From the NCBI RefSeq assembly GCF_030144855.1, contig NC_082717.1, forward strand, positions 64,170,001-64,234,000: a stretch of 64,000 nt of DNA. Reading direction: 5' to 3'. The notes below the pieces were generated by a model. That model saw only the letters and a list, made by a program, of their open reading frames with translations. It made no database searches and had not been told where the DNA came from. The translations under genes and the position numbers were made by a program. Position 1 is the stretch's first letter; each line of letters starts with the position of its first letter. Below are positions 38,866-51,093 of this stretch, one piece after another. The stretch is from Hypanus sabinus (taxonomy: Eukaryota).

Positions 38866-39669
38866 GGATGCAAAGTAATTTTTAGAAAAATTAAAGACTA
38901 TGGGTTATTTTGTTCTCTTCATGATTCTGATAAGAGTTTTATGCAGCCCTTACTTGGAGTAGTTCGTAATTATCATGAAGCAGAATTAAATATTTATGCA
39001 GAAATGCCAGCTTCCTTCAGGCCATTGGACAAATACACAAATATCATTTAAGGTTTCGACATCTGCAAATGCAGCAGTTCTCAACCTTTTCAACTTGTGG
39101 CCCACTTGTGACCTCCATTTAGTTCTGTGGCCTCCACCCTCCATAGTTCCTCAAAGTATTTTTGGGTCAGCTGTATTAATTATTCTAATATACAGTCAGT
39201 ATTTAAATTTTAACAGTTTACAGTTATTATATATTAAGTATAATGTTATAGGAGTATATGAAAAATAAAACAATTTCAAAGCTCTGAATAGATAATTTAT
39301 TTTAAAATATAGATAATATTCTTTCCAACAACAATGAAAAAGTACTTAATATTGTTACTTTGGGTATTTAGTGAGATCCAAGTGACTGTGCAAACCAGCA
39401 AGTTTTTGAATATCTGTGTATTCAAAACCAGGTATATCTGGGTATTTAACTTGGTTAAAGATGAACAAATATCACCTCTTTTCACAACATCTAAACTGTT
39501 ATGAGTTTTGACAGTAGGTGAAGAGCTTGACTAAAACCACTTTCAATTGGATAAGAGATGGGAAATCCAATTAAAATCAATTTTGCTTTCTCTCAGAGCT
39601 GTTGAAACTTATTTTAAATATCAGTCATTACCCAGAAATTTTGCTTGAACTGTTAAATCCTTATAGCAT

Positions 39670-40936
39670 CTGATAAGGTACACCATGCAAGGCTTATTGA
39701 GAAAGTAAGGAGGCCAAGGACCCATGGGGACATTGCTTTGTGAATCCAGAACTGGCTTGCCCACTGAAGGCAAAGAGTGGTTGTAGACGGGTCATATTCT
39801 CATGGAGGCCGGTGACCAGTGGTGTGCCTCAGGGATATGTTCTTTGGGATTTTTATAACTGACTTGGATGAGGAAGTGGAGGGATGGGTTAGTAAATTTG
39901 CTGATGACACAAAGGTTGGGGGGTGCTGTGGAGAGCTGTCAGAGGTTACAGTGGGACATTGATAGGATGCAAAACTAGGCTGAGAAGTGGCAGATTAAGT
40001 TCAACCCAGGTAAGTGTGAGGTGACACGAGTGAATCTGCAGATGCTGGAAATAAATAAAAACACAAAATGCTGGCAGAACTCAGCAGGCCAGACAGCATC
40101 TATGGGAGGAGGTAGTGATGACGTTTCGGGCCAAAATGCCAGCATTTTGTGTTTTTAAGTGTGAGGTGGTTCATTTTGGTAGGTCAAATATGATGGCAGA
40201 ATATAGCATTAATGGCAAGACTCTTGGCAGTGTGGAGGATCAGAGGGATCTTGGAGTCCGAGTCTATAGGACACTCAAAGCTGCTACGCAGGTTGACTCT
40301 GTGGTTAAGAAGGCACATGGTGCATTGGCCTTCAATCACGGGATTGAGTTTAAGAGCTGAGAGGTAATGTTGCAGCTATATAGGACCCTGGTTAGACCCC
40401 ACTTGGAGTACTGTGCTCAGTTCTGGTCACCTCTCTATAGGAAGGATGTGGAAACCCTAGAAAGAGTGTACAGGAGATTTACAAGGGCATTGCCTGGATT
40501 GGAGAGCATGCCTTATGAGAATAGGTTGAGTGAACTTTTTTTTCTTGGAGTGGTGGAGGATGAGAGGTAACCTGATAGAGGTGTATAAGATGATGAAAGG
40601 CATTGATTGCTTGGATAGTCAGAGGCTTTTTCCCAGGGCTGAAATGGCTAAAACGAGAGGGCACAGTTTTAAGGTGCTTGGAAGCAGGTACAGAGGAGAT
40701 GTCAGGGGTAAGTTTTTTTTTTAAAACGCAGAGAGTGGTGAGTGCGTGCAATGGGTTGCCAGCGGCAGCGGTGGAGGCGGAAATGATAGGGTCTTTTAAG
40801 AGACTCCTGGATGGATACATGGAGCTTAGAAAAATAGAGGGCTATGGGTAAGCCTAGGTAGTTCTAAGGTCAGGACACGTTCAGCACAGCTTTGTGGGCT
40901 GAAGGGCCTATATTGTGCCGTAGGTTTTCTATGTTC
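39670..40936 (+). mobile_element. 5'-truncated CR1, same subfamily as 25120-27552
   Basis: FADDTK, LVRPHLEYCAQFWSP and a TTTCTATG tail. Interrupted at 40024-40155. Confidence 0.92.
40024..40155 (-). mobile_element. Short Penelope-derived insertion with a 13-bp target duplication
   Basis: TAAGTGTGAGGTG at 40011-40023 and 40156-40168. Confidence 0.85.
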
Positions 40937-41970
40937 AATCAGCTCAATAAAACATTCTTAGAAAATTAGTAAACAAGATATAAAAAGTATGATCTCACGC
41001 AAAAAAGTATCAGTATTGAATATGCATGTAAAAATAAAACTGTTTTTTAGGCAATTCTTAGATGTAGATCATAAATAGGTCTTTTTTAATGTTATTATAT
41101 ATATATACACACACACACAAACTCTATGTGGCAATGAAGAGCATGTACTCACAAAGAAAACCAAATTAAACTTCCATTCAAATTAAGGTAAGTATCAGGG
41201 ATTTAATAGAAGTTGTAGTGGTAGATAGTGATGCATGGTAGAATTCATGCTTTCTCGCCTCTCTGCAGTGTAGCCATTTCTGGCAGATAACCCCACTATA
41301 GTAACTACAGCCTTCATACCACTTTTTACAAGTATTATAGTTCAGAAGGTAAACAGAACCAGAGTCCTGCTGCATACTCACTGACTGGCCTTGCTGTAGG
41401 CAGCCCTGCCCAATGTTTGGTTTGTTTGTGATATTCATAACTGTTTTAATGAGATTTCTACAACATGGGTCATGCCAGGCACTCCGTACCAATCCCCTTC
41501 TGATACGGGTTTTGAAATGGAAATCCTGGCAACTTCTGACAGTCTTTGATGCAGATGGTTCCCTATTAACATGTAATTAACTATCACAAAGTAATCATGA
41601 TCACGAGCTGGTGGAGCATGTTGCTGGGTATCCTGCAGGGTCGCGCCCACCTGCTCACTGTATAATCAGGGATTTGGGGGTGGATGTGGAGCAGGGCGTA
41701 CATGGTTATTTGTGTGTGGTTGAGCAGAGCAGACGATGACTGATGTGCAGCACTGCCCCCTCCACCCCACAAGCTGTTTTGCTGCCTCATTTGCATCATC
41801 AGGCACATTTTCTCATTCATTTCATTTGGGGTTCCAATTAAATTACATATACTAATTTATTTTTTATTTATATATTTTAAGTCACATTTCATTAAAATAA
41901 ACTTATGATGGCACTTTCAGAAATTCCTGTGACTCACCATTTCTTGTTTTTTTTTTCTAACTTGTAGCCC

Positions 41971-44900
41971 GTGGGGGATTGTGGCTCCTGATGAGAACCA
42001 CTGTGCCGCGGGTGGGGGAGAGAGTGGTGGGCAGTAGGGGATGCGGCTCCTGATGAGAACCACTGTGCCGCGGGTGGGGGAGAGAGTGGTGGGCAGTGGG
42101 GGATGTGGCTCCTGATGAGAACCACTGTGCCGCGGGTGGGGGAGAGAGTGGTGGGCAGTGGGGGATGAGCCTCCTGATGAGAACCACTGTGCCGCGGGTG
42201 GGGGAAGAGAGTGGTGGGCAGTGGGGGATGAGCCTCCTGATGAGAACCACTGTGCCGCGGGTGAGGGAGAGAGTGGTGGGCAGTGGGGAATTGTGGCTCC
42301 TGATGAGAACCACTGTGCCGCGGGTGGGGGAGAGAGTGGTGGGCAGTGGGGGATGCGGCTCCTGATGAGAACCACTGTGCCGCGGATGGGGGAGAGAGTG
42401 GTGGGCAGTGGGGGATGCGGCTCCTGATGAGAACCACTGTGCCGCGGGTGGGGGAGAGAGTGGTGGGCAGTAGGGGATGCGGCTCCTGATGAGAACCACT
42501 GTGCCGCGGATGGGGGAGAGAGTGGTGGGCAGTGGGGAATTGTGGCTCCTGATGAGAACCACTGTGCCGCGGGTGGGGGAGAGAGTGGTGGGCAGTGGGG
42601 AATTGTGGCTCCTGATGAGAACCACTGTGCCGCGGGTGGGGGAGAGAGTGGTGGGCAGTGGGGGATGAGCCTCCTGATGAGAACCACTGTGCCGCGGGTG
42701 GGGGAGAGAGTGGTGGGCAGTGGGGGATGTGGCTCCTGATGAGAACCACTGTGCCGCGGGTGGGGGAGAGAGTGGTGGGCAGTGGGGGATGTGGCTCCTG
42801 ATGAGAACCACTGTGCCGCGGGTGGGGGAGAGAGTGGTGGGCAGTGGGGGATGAGCCTCCTGATGAGAACCACTGTGCCGCGGGTGGGGGAGAGAGTGGT
42901 GGGCAGTGGGGGATGAGCCTCCTGATGAGAACCACTGTGCCGCGGGTGAGGGAGAGAGTGGTGGGCAGTGGGGAATTGTGGCTCCTGATGAGAACCACTG
43001 TGCCGCGGGTGGGGGAGAGAGTGGTGGGCAGTGGGGGATGCGGCTCCTGATGAGAACCACTGTGCCGCGGATGGGGGAGAGAGTGGTGGGCAGTGGGGGA
43101 TGCGGCTCCTGATGAGAACCACTGTGCCGCGGGTGGGGGAGAGAGTGGTGGGCAGTAGGGGATGCGGCTCCTGATGAGAACCACTGTGCCGCGGATGGGG
43201 GAGAGAGTGGTGGGCAGTGGGGAATTGTGGCTCCTGATGAGAACCACTGTGCCGCGGGTGGGGGAGAGAGTGGTGGGCAGTGGGGAATTGTGGCTCCTGA
43301 TGAGAACCACTGTGCCGCGGGTGGGGGAGAGAGTGGTGGGCAGTGGGGGATGAGCCTCCTGATGAGAACCACTGTGCCGCGGGTGGGGGAGAGAGTGGTG
43401 GGCAGTGGGGGATGAGCCTCCTGATGAGAACCACTGTGCCGCGGGTGGGGGAGAGAGTGGTGGGCAGTAGGGGATGCGGCTCCTGATGAGAACCACTGTG
43501 CCGCGGATGGGGGAGAGAGTGGTGGGCAGTGGGGAATTGTGGCTCCTGATGAGAACCACTGTGCCGCGGGTGGGGGAGAGAGTGGTGGGCAGTGGGGGAT
43601 GAGCCTCCTGATGAGAACCACTGTGCCGCGGGTGGGGGAGAGAGTGGTGGGCAGTAGGGGATGCGGCTCCTGATGAGAACCACTGTGCCGCGGATGGGGG
43701 AGAGAGTGGTGGGCAGTGGGGAATTGTGGCTCCTGATGAGAACCACTGTGCCGCGGGTGGGGGAGAGAGTGGTGGGCAGTGGGGAATTGTGGCTCCTGAT
43801 GAGAACCACTGTGCCGCGGGTGGGGGAGAGAGTGGTGGGCAGTGGGGGATGAGCCTCCTGATGAGAACCACTGTGCCGCGGGTGGGGGAGAGAGTGGTGG
43901 GCAGTGGGGGATGAGCCTCCTGATGAGAACCACTGTGCCGCGGGTGAGGGAGAGAGTGGTGGGCAGTGGGGAATTGTGGCTCCTGATGAGAACCACTGTG
44001 CAGCGGGTGGGGGAGAGAGTGGTGGGCAGTGGGGGATGAGCCTCCTGATGAGAACCACTGTGCCGCGGGTGGGGGAGAGAGTGGTGGGCAGTGGGGGATG
44101 AGCCTCCTGATGAGAACCACTGTGCCGTGGGTGGGGGAGAGAGTGGTGGGCAGTAGGGGATGCGGCTCCTGATGAGAACCACTGTGCCGCGGATGGGGGA
44201 GAGAGTGGTGGGCAGTAGGGGATGCGGCTCCTGATGAGAACCACTGTGCCGCGGATGGGGGAGAGAGTGGTGGGCAGTGGGGAATTGTGGCTCCTGATGA
44301 GAACCACTGTGCCGCGGGTGGGGGAGAGAGTGGTGGGCAGTGGGGGATGTGGCTCCTGATGAGAACCACTGTGCCGCGGGTGGGGGAGAGAGTGGTGGGC
44401 AATGGGGAATTGTGGCTCCTGATGAGAACCACTGTGCCGCGGGTGGGGGAGAGAGTGGTGGGCAGTGGGGGATGAGCCTCCTGATGAGAACCACTGTGCC
44501 GCGGGTGGGGGAGAGAGTGGTGGGCAGTGGGGAATTGTGGCTCCTGATGAGAACCACTGTGCCGCGGGTGGGGGAGAGAGTGGTGGGCAGTGGGGGATGA
44601 GCCTCCTGATGAGAACCACTGTGCCGCGGGTGGGGGAGAGAGTGGTGGGCAGTGGGGGATGAGCCTCCTGATGAGAACCACTGTGCCGCGGGTGGGGGAG
44701 AGAGTGGTGGGCAGTGGGGGATGTGGCTCCTGATGAGAACCACTGTGCCGCGGGTGGGGGAGAGAGTGGTGGGCAGTGGGGGATGAGCCTCCTGATGAGA
44801 ACCACTGTGCCGCGGGTGAGGGAGAGAGTGGTGGGCAGTGGGGAATTGTGGCTCCTGATGAGAACCACTGTGCAGCGGGTGGGGGAGAGAGTGGTGGGCA

Positions 44901-46498
44901 GTGGGGAATTGTGGCTCCTGATGAGAACCACTGTGCAGCGGGTGGGGGAGAGAGTGGTGGGCAGTGGGGGATGAGCCTCCTGATGAGAACCACTGTGCCG
45001 CGGGTGGGGGAGAGAGTGGTGGGCAGTGGGGGATGAGCCTCCTGATGAGAACCACTGTGCCGCGGGTGGGGGAGAGAGTGGTGGGCAGTAGGGGATGCGG
45101 CTCCTGATGAGAACCACTGTGCCGCGGATGGGGGAGAGAGTGGTGGGCAGTGGGGAATTGTGGCTCCTGATGAGAACCACTGTGCCGCGGGTGGGGGAGA
45201 GAGTGGTGGGCAGTGGGGAATTGTGGCTCCTGATGAGAACCACTGTGCCGCGGATGGGGGAGAGAGTGGTGGGCAGTGGGGAATTGTGGCTCCTGATGAG
45301 AACCACTGTGCCGCGGGTGGGGGAGAGAGTGGTGGGCAGTGGGGAATTGTGGCTCCTGATGAGAACCACTGTGCCGCGGGTGGGGGAGAGAGTGGTGGGC
45401 AGTGGGGGATGAGCCTCCTGATGAGAACCACTGTGCCGCGGGTGGGGGAGAGAGTGGTGGGCAGTGGGGGATGAGCCTCCTGATGAGAACCACTGTGCCG
45501 CGGGTGGGGGAGAGAGTGGTGGGCAGTAGGGGATGCGGCTCCTGATGAGAACCACTGTGCCGCGGATGGGGGAGAGAGTGGTGGGCAGTGGGGAATTGTG
45601 GCTCCTGATGAGAACCACTGTGCCGCGGGTGGGGGAGAGAGTGGTGGGCAGTGGGGGATGAGCCTCCTGATGAGAACCACTGTGCCGCGGGTGGGGGAGA
45701 GAGTGGTGGGCAGTAGGGGATGCGGCTCCTGATGAGAACCACTGTGCCGCGGATGGGGGAGAGAGTGGTGGGCAGTGGGGAATTGTGGCTCCTGATGAGA
45801 ACCACTGTGCCGCGGGTGGGGGAGAGAGTGGTGGGCAGTGGGGAATTGTGGCTCCTGATGAGAACCACTGTGCCGCGGGTGGGGGAGAGAGTGGTGGGCA
45901 GTGGGGGATGAGCCTCCTGATGAGAACCACTGTGCCGCGGGTGGGGGAGAGAGTGGTGGGCAGTGGGGGATGAGCCTCCTGATGAGAACCACTGTGCCGC
46001 GGGTGGGGGAGAGAGTGGTGGGCAGTAGGGGATGCGGCTCCTGATGAGAACCACTGTGCCGCGGATGGGGGAGAGAGTGGTGGGCAGTGGGGAATTGTGG
46101 CTCCTGATGAGAACCACTGTGCCGCGGGTGGGGGAGAGAGTGGTGGGCAGTGGGGGATGTGGCTCCTGATGAGAACCACTGTGCCGCGGGTGGGGGAGAG
46201 AGTGGTGGGCAGTGGGGGATTGTGGCTCCTGATGAGAACCACTGTGCCGCGGGTGGGGGAGAGAGTGGTGGGCAGTGGGGGATGTGGCTCCTGATGAGAA
46301 CCACTGTGCCGCGGGTGGGGGAGAGAGTGGTGGGCAGTGGGGGATTGTGGCTCCTGATGAGAACCACGGTGCCGCGGGTGGGGGAGAGAGTGGTGGGCAG
46401 TGGGGGATTGTGGCTCCTGAGGAGAACCACTGTGCCACGGGTGGGGGAGGGAGTGGTGGGTAGTGGGGGATTGTGGCTCCTGATGAGAACCACGGTGC
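41971..46498. repeat. Intronic minisatellite, 62/63-bp unit, about 72.5 copies
   Basis: Unit approximately GGGGAATTGTGGCTCCTGATGAGAACCACTGTGCCGCGGGTGGGGGAGAGAGTGGTGGGCAGT, with a small set of recurring variants. Confidence 0.99.
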
Positions 46499-46929
46499 TA
46501 ATATTTACATTAATTGGTTTATTTTCTGATGTCCAGTGTCTCACATGGTCCCAACTCCACAAATTTCACTGAGTGAACAAAGTTTCTCAATTAGCTGAAA
46601 GAATAGGAACAGCATCCCCAGTTAGCTAAAAGAACTGAAGTAGCATTTGTTTTTAGCTGCCAAGGTCATAGCAGCATTTGTGATTAACATATTATGGAAG
46701 GTAATTGGTCAACAGTGAGCATCATTCTCAATTAGCCGGTACAGTGGAAACAGCTTTCCAATTTGGTGATATATTTGGACAGGTATTTCCAATTTGACCA
46801 TAAATTGTGAATATCTTTTTCTATTAGGACATTCAGTGAAGACTCCAAGATGAGAGCATTTCTGCACTTTGGTCTAAAGGATTTTCGATTTAAATCCTAC
46901 TCCAGATGCTTGGAGCCTAGATATCTGTG

Positions 46930-47240
46930 CACCTTTTTTCCCACAGCAGCAATGGCCAATACCAGAGAGATCCACTTAAGGTGAGTGGTGGGAAGTTTAG
47001 GGGAGATGTCAGACATAGGTTTTTCCTTTTACACAGAGAGCCTGGAACACACCCCCAGAGCTGGTGGTAGAGAATGATAGAACAGGGGTATTTAAGAGCC
47101 TCACATAGGCACATGGATACAAGAAAAATGAAGGGTTATGGCCATATGGGAGGGAAGCTTAATTGTAGAGTAGGTTTATGTAGGTCAGAATAACATCATG
47201 GAATAAAGGACCTGTGTGGTGCCGTACCGTTTTATGTTCC
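46930..47240 (+). mobile_element. CR1 3' end fragment
   Basis: NTR.D.LKV.GGKFRGDVR motif and a TTTTATGTTC tail. Confidence 0.7.
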
Positions 47241-47309
47241 ATCTTCTAAGTACCTCACCACATCTGCAAGAGTCTGTTGCACTGTTAGAGATGCCAGTTT
47301 TTGTCAAAG

Positions 47310-48420
47310 CCAATGTCAAATTTATTGTCATATGCACAAGGACATCTGTGCACAGATGCAATGAATAACTTGTATACAGCAGCACCACTGTCACAAAGCA
47401 TCACATCAACAGAATTCACAAGAAAAACAATCAAATATACACATTTTTACTAGAAAACAATTAGAACAATTACCTTGCATTTTAGTGCTAAGGTAGTCAA
47501 AGTAGTTATGGTGTTGCTAAACTGCAGCACTTGGGGTTTTGCAAGATGTTTCAAGAAATGAATGGTTGAAGGGAAGTAGCTGTTCTTCAACCTGGTGGTG
47601 CGGAACTTCAGGCTTCTGTACCTCCTACCTGGTGACAGATGCCTGGGATCTTTGTTGATGAATGTTGCCTTCTTGAAGTTGTGCTTTCTGAGATATGACT
47701 GATAATGGGGAGCAGATGTACTTGGCAGAGTCCACTACTCTCAGCAGCTTCTTGTATTCTCATACATTCCAATTGCAGTAAAAGACCATGATGCAACTCG
47801 TCAGGATATTTTCAAAAGTATAGCTATAGATCTTTTGTTGAAGTTTTCGGTGACAAGCTGAAGCTTCCTATGAAAGTTGAGATGCTGAGCACAGGACAGG
47901 TTGTCCAATATTAAACACAGTAACTGCAAGCCACTGCCTCTCCCCGCTGCCAATTCCCCAATGCAGACTGGCGCATGTTTCCCCTCCTGAAATCAACAAT
48001 TAGCTCCTTAGTTTGCTCATGTTGAATGAGAGGTTATTTTTGCGGCACAACTCAACCAGATGGCCTTTCTCACCTCTAGTACACTGACTTATTGCCACCT
48101 GTGATTCATCTAACAACAGTAGAGTTATAAGGTAATTTGATTGCTCTGGAGCTGTGCTTAGCCAATAATGTGCATATGGAGAGTAGAATAGGGCCTAAGC
48201 ACACATCCTGGAGGTTCACCTGTGTTGATGAGGAGATGTTATTACCAATCCTCACTGATTGAAGTCTGCTGATTACTCTGGCATTCAGTTGCAGAAGGAG
48301 CTACAGAGGTTCAGATCTCAAACCCTGATGATTAATGTGTTGAAAGCCAAGCTGTAGTCAATGAACAGCAGCCTGAAGTACAAGTTTCTATTGTCTAGGG
48401 AGTCCAGAGCAAAGTGAGGA
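47310..48420 (-). mobile_element. Old Rex1/Babar-type LINE 3' portion
   Basis: Minus strand NTGEPPGCVLRP (PQGCVLSP homolog). 3' region like 54124-54710. Confidence 0.7.
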
Positions 48421-48554
48421 TGAGATATCAAACTATTCATTCAGGTGGAATTACGAAGATTCTGTGGCCGTATTCAGAGGATAATCGATACAGGTAACAT
48501 TACCAAAAAATATCATTCTCACATTTGTGGGAACTTGCCATGGATCAAGTAACT

Positions 48555-48646
48555 ACGAAGGGTCTCAGCCCGAAACGTCGACAGTGCTTCTCCCTATAGA
48601 TGCTGCCTGGCCTGCTGTGTTCCACCTGCATTTCGCGTGTGTTGCA
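48555..48646 (+). mobile_element. Penelope-derived fragment with the 3' part of a hammerhead motif
   Basis: ACGAAGGGTCTCAGCCCGAAACGTCGACAG...GATGCTGCCTGGCCTGCTG. Confidence 0.75.
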
Positions 48647-50231
48647 AGGCATTAAGAATACTTGATTGGTTGCAAAGTAATTTTGGATTATTTGAGGCCT
48701 TAGCAAATGTTAAATAAACCTACAATTAGTTTGCAAATGGAAGCAGAACTGCATATTTTCAAATCAGTGGGTGGACCCTCAGTTTGACACCTTGTAATTA
48801 CCGTCATAGAAATGTGTCATGTGGACAGATTGAAGTGCAATTTAGCAAAGCAACGCCACAGGCACATTCTCCAATGCTGACATTTCTACCATTTGACTCA
48901 AAAATGCAACATGACTGCAATTGAGAAGTTGAAAGTAATCAACTCATTAGCAAATACTTTTGCCTGAGTCCTGACGGACTGTCTTCCAATTGTTTGGGAG
49001 CAAATGCAATGATATGTCAATTTTATTCACATTCAACTGAACTTTCTCAAACATAAGCTTGTAAAATAAATTCCAAATGTAGTAAATGCATACTTTTAAT
49101 ATAAAATTGTATTATAAAATGGTGGGTGAAGCACACTGAGGTGGCTTCAGGTGTGGCATGTCAATTTGTGCTGTTTATTCAAAAACAGATTTTGTATTTT
49201 GAACATGCTTTTGTATAAAGTCTGTTTCATTATGTTTATCATACTTCTGATGATATGAGAACATGCCAAATTCAAGATATTAAATAACATTCTGGATAGC
49301 CCTGAGGTGACCAGCTGTCCAGGTGATCAGTATTTTTCCTCAAATTTGCAATTTCACCAACTATAATGGAAAATGTCCAATTCCACACTCACTTTCTGTG
49401 GCAGGAGTATTATTACCCTGAGGCCAGGCCATCAGTATTACTGAAATACAGAATATCTAGTCATTTTTACATTGCTGTTTGAGGGACCTGTAGTTACACT
49501 TCCTACTTGACAACAGAAACTGTCTTTCCTAATTACCTTAATGAATATGAAGTGCAATATAAATATTGCAAGTCTCTCTCTTCACAATAACCAACCTTCA
49601 CCTTTGTATAAAGTCAATTTCAGTTAGCCAAAAAACCCAAGTACTACCATGGCAAAAATTAGTGTGGTCTTAACACAAGCTTCTGAAGAGAAATAAGTCA
49701 TCAACCGCAGCACAATTCTAAAGCACCAGTCTTGCATACATGGCAATATGCATGGTTTAATTAATGATAAGAATAATTTGTGGTAAATTTGAAAAATAAA
49801 TTTAATGTAATGAATTAATTTCTGGCACAGTCATAACCACTTAATGAACTGTATGAGGTTTTAGGAAGTGGGTTCAGAATAAAATCCCCTAGTGCTTCAT
49901 GAAGATAAAAATGGATATCAGTGCTGACAGTGAGTTCAGCCTAAGGATATGGACATTATTTTGTGGACAGGACAAAATTTGACAGACACACTTGAGAATC
50001 AGAGGTCAATATGACTGAAGAACAAGCAGCCAAGGATGCATGAAGGATAGACAGATGACAAATTGCAATGCAGGTCAAAATTTAGAGACGTGAAGTGCTA
50101 TTAAATGCCCCACAAAGGGTGTAATCCAGAGATAAAGGTTCCACAGGGTATGCAACTGAGTACAGTAGTTTTGAACTTGCACTATATGCACTGACTTGTC
50201 ATTATTGTTAATGTTTTTATTGACATTGATT

Positions 50232-50442
50232 GATTGAGCCCAGCAATCCCCTGATTTAACCCTAGCCTAATCACTGGACAACTTACCAATTAACCTACCA
50301 ACCAGAATGTCGATGGAGTGTGGGAGGAAACTGGCGCACCTGCAGTAAAACCCGCATGGCTACGGGAGGAATGTACAAACTCCTTACAGACAGTGGTGGG
50401 AACTGAACTCTCACTGGTATTGTAAAGTGTTATGCTAACCAT
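50232..50442 (-). mobile_element. HE1-like SINE
   Basis: TGTGGGAGGAAACTGG...ACAAACTCCTTACAGACAG...GGGAACTGAACTC, like 36385-36605. Confidence 0.7.
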
Positions 50443-51093
50443 TAATGTGCACTTTTAACTTTGTGAGTCAGTGATATATACACGTGGGCAACGACTGGTT
50501 TTATTTAGATTTGTGGATGCTCCCAAGTTTAAGCAACTCCACAGCAATTATTTTTGTATTTGCTGTGTCAGCAATTTGGAATACCCAAAGCAAGCATAGT
50601 GAGGAAGATGACTTGGTTAAGTGTTATATGCAGCATGTTACTTCCTGTCTATTAGAACCAAAATAAACCTGATTTATTTCTCTTATGGACTCTTGGTGAC
50701 TCATCAATTCTTGTTTGCCTCAGGTCATTCTCAATAGAAAATTCCACACAATTCATATTAAAGAAGAAGGTGCTCACAATAATTAAACTATGCATGCCAT
50801 GAAAATGAAATTGACAAATCCCTGAGGGTTAGATCTCAATAAACAACTCAACTGAGCCTCAAATGGTGCAGAAATGCCATTTATATTAAAGTTTTAAAAT
50901 TAGACATACTATTGTTGAAAATAATATTCTCACCCCAATTATATAGCCTTAACTTCTATAGCTTTTAGTAAATGTTAAATTGTAGAACTGCAATGGCACA
51001 CCAATGTTTATGGTGAGAAAGTCCAGTGATATTTACTGTACTCACTCAGGAATGGTAATTCAGTGAATAAAGACATATAGTTGACATCTGTAA

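Noticed and set aside
41971-46498. CRISPR array
   Set aside because: No unique spacers, no cas genes, and a vertebrate intronic context.
41971-46498. Tandem hammerhead ribozymes or box C/D snoRNAs (CTGATGA in each unit)
   Set aside because: There is no GAAA core segment in the unit. The C- and D-like motifs overlap and are antisense to the host transcript.
41917-46562. Three overlapping 1441-1542 aa minus-strand ORFs as a protein-coding gene
   Set aside because: The plus-strand unit lacks TTA, CTA and TCA, so all minus frames are open automatically. The 62-bp units shift frame freely, showing no codon constraint.
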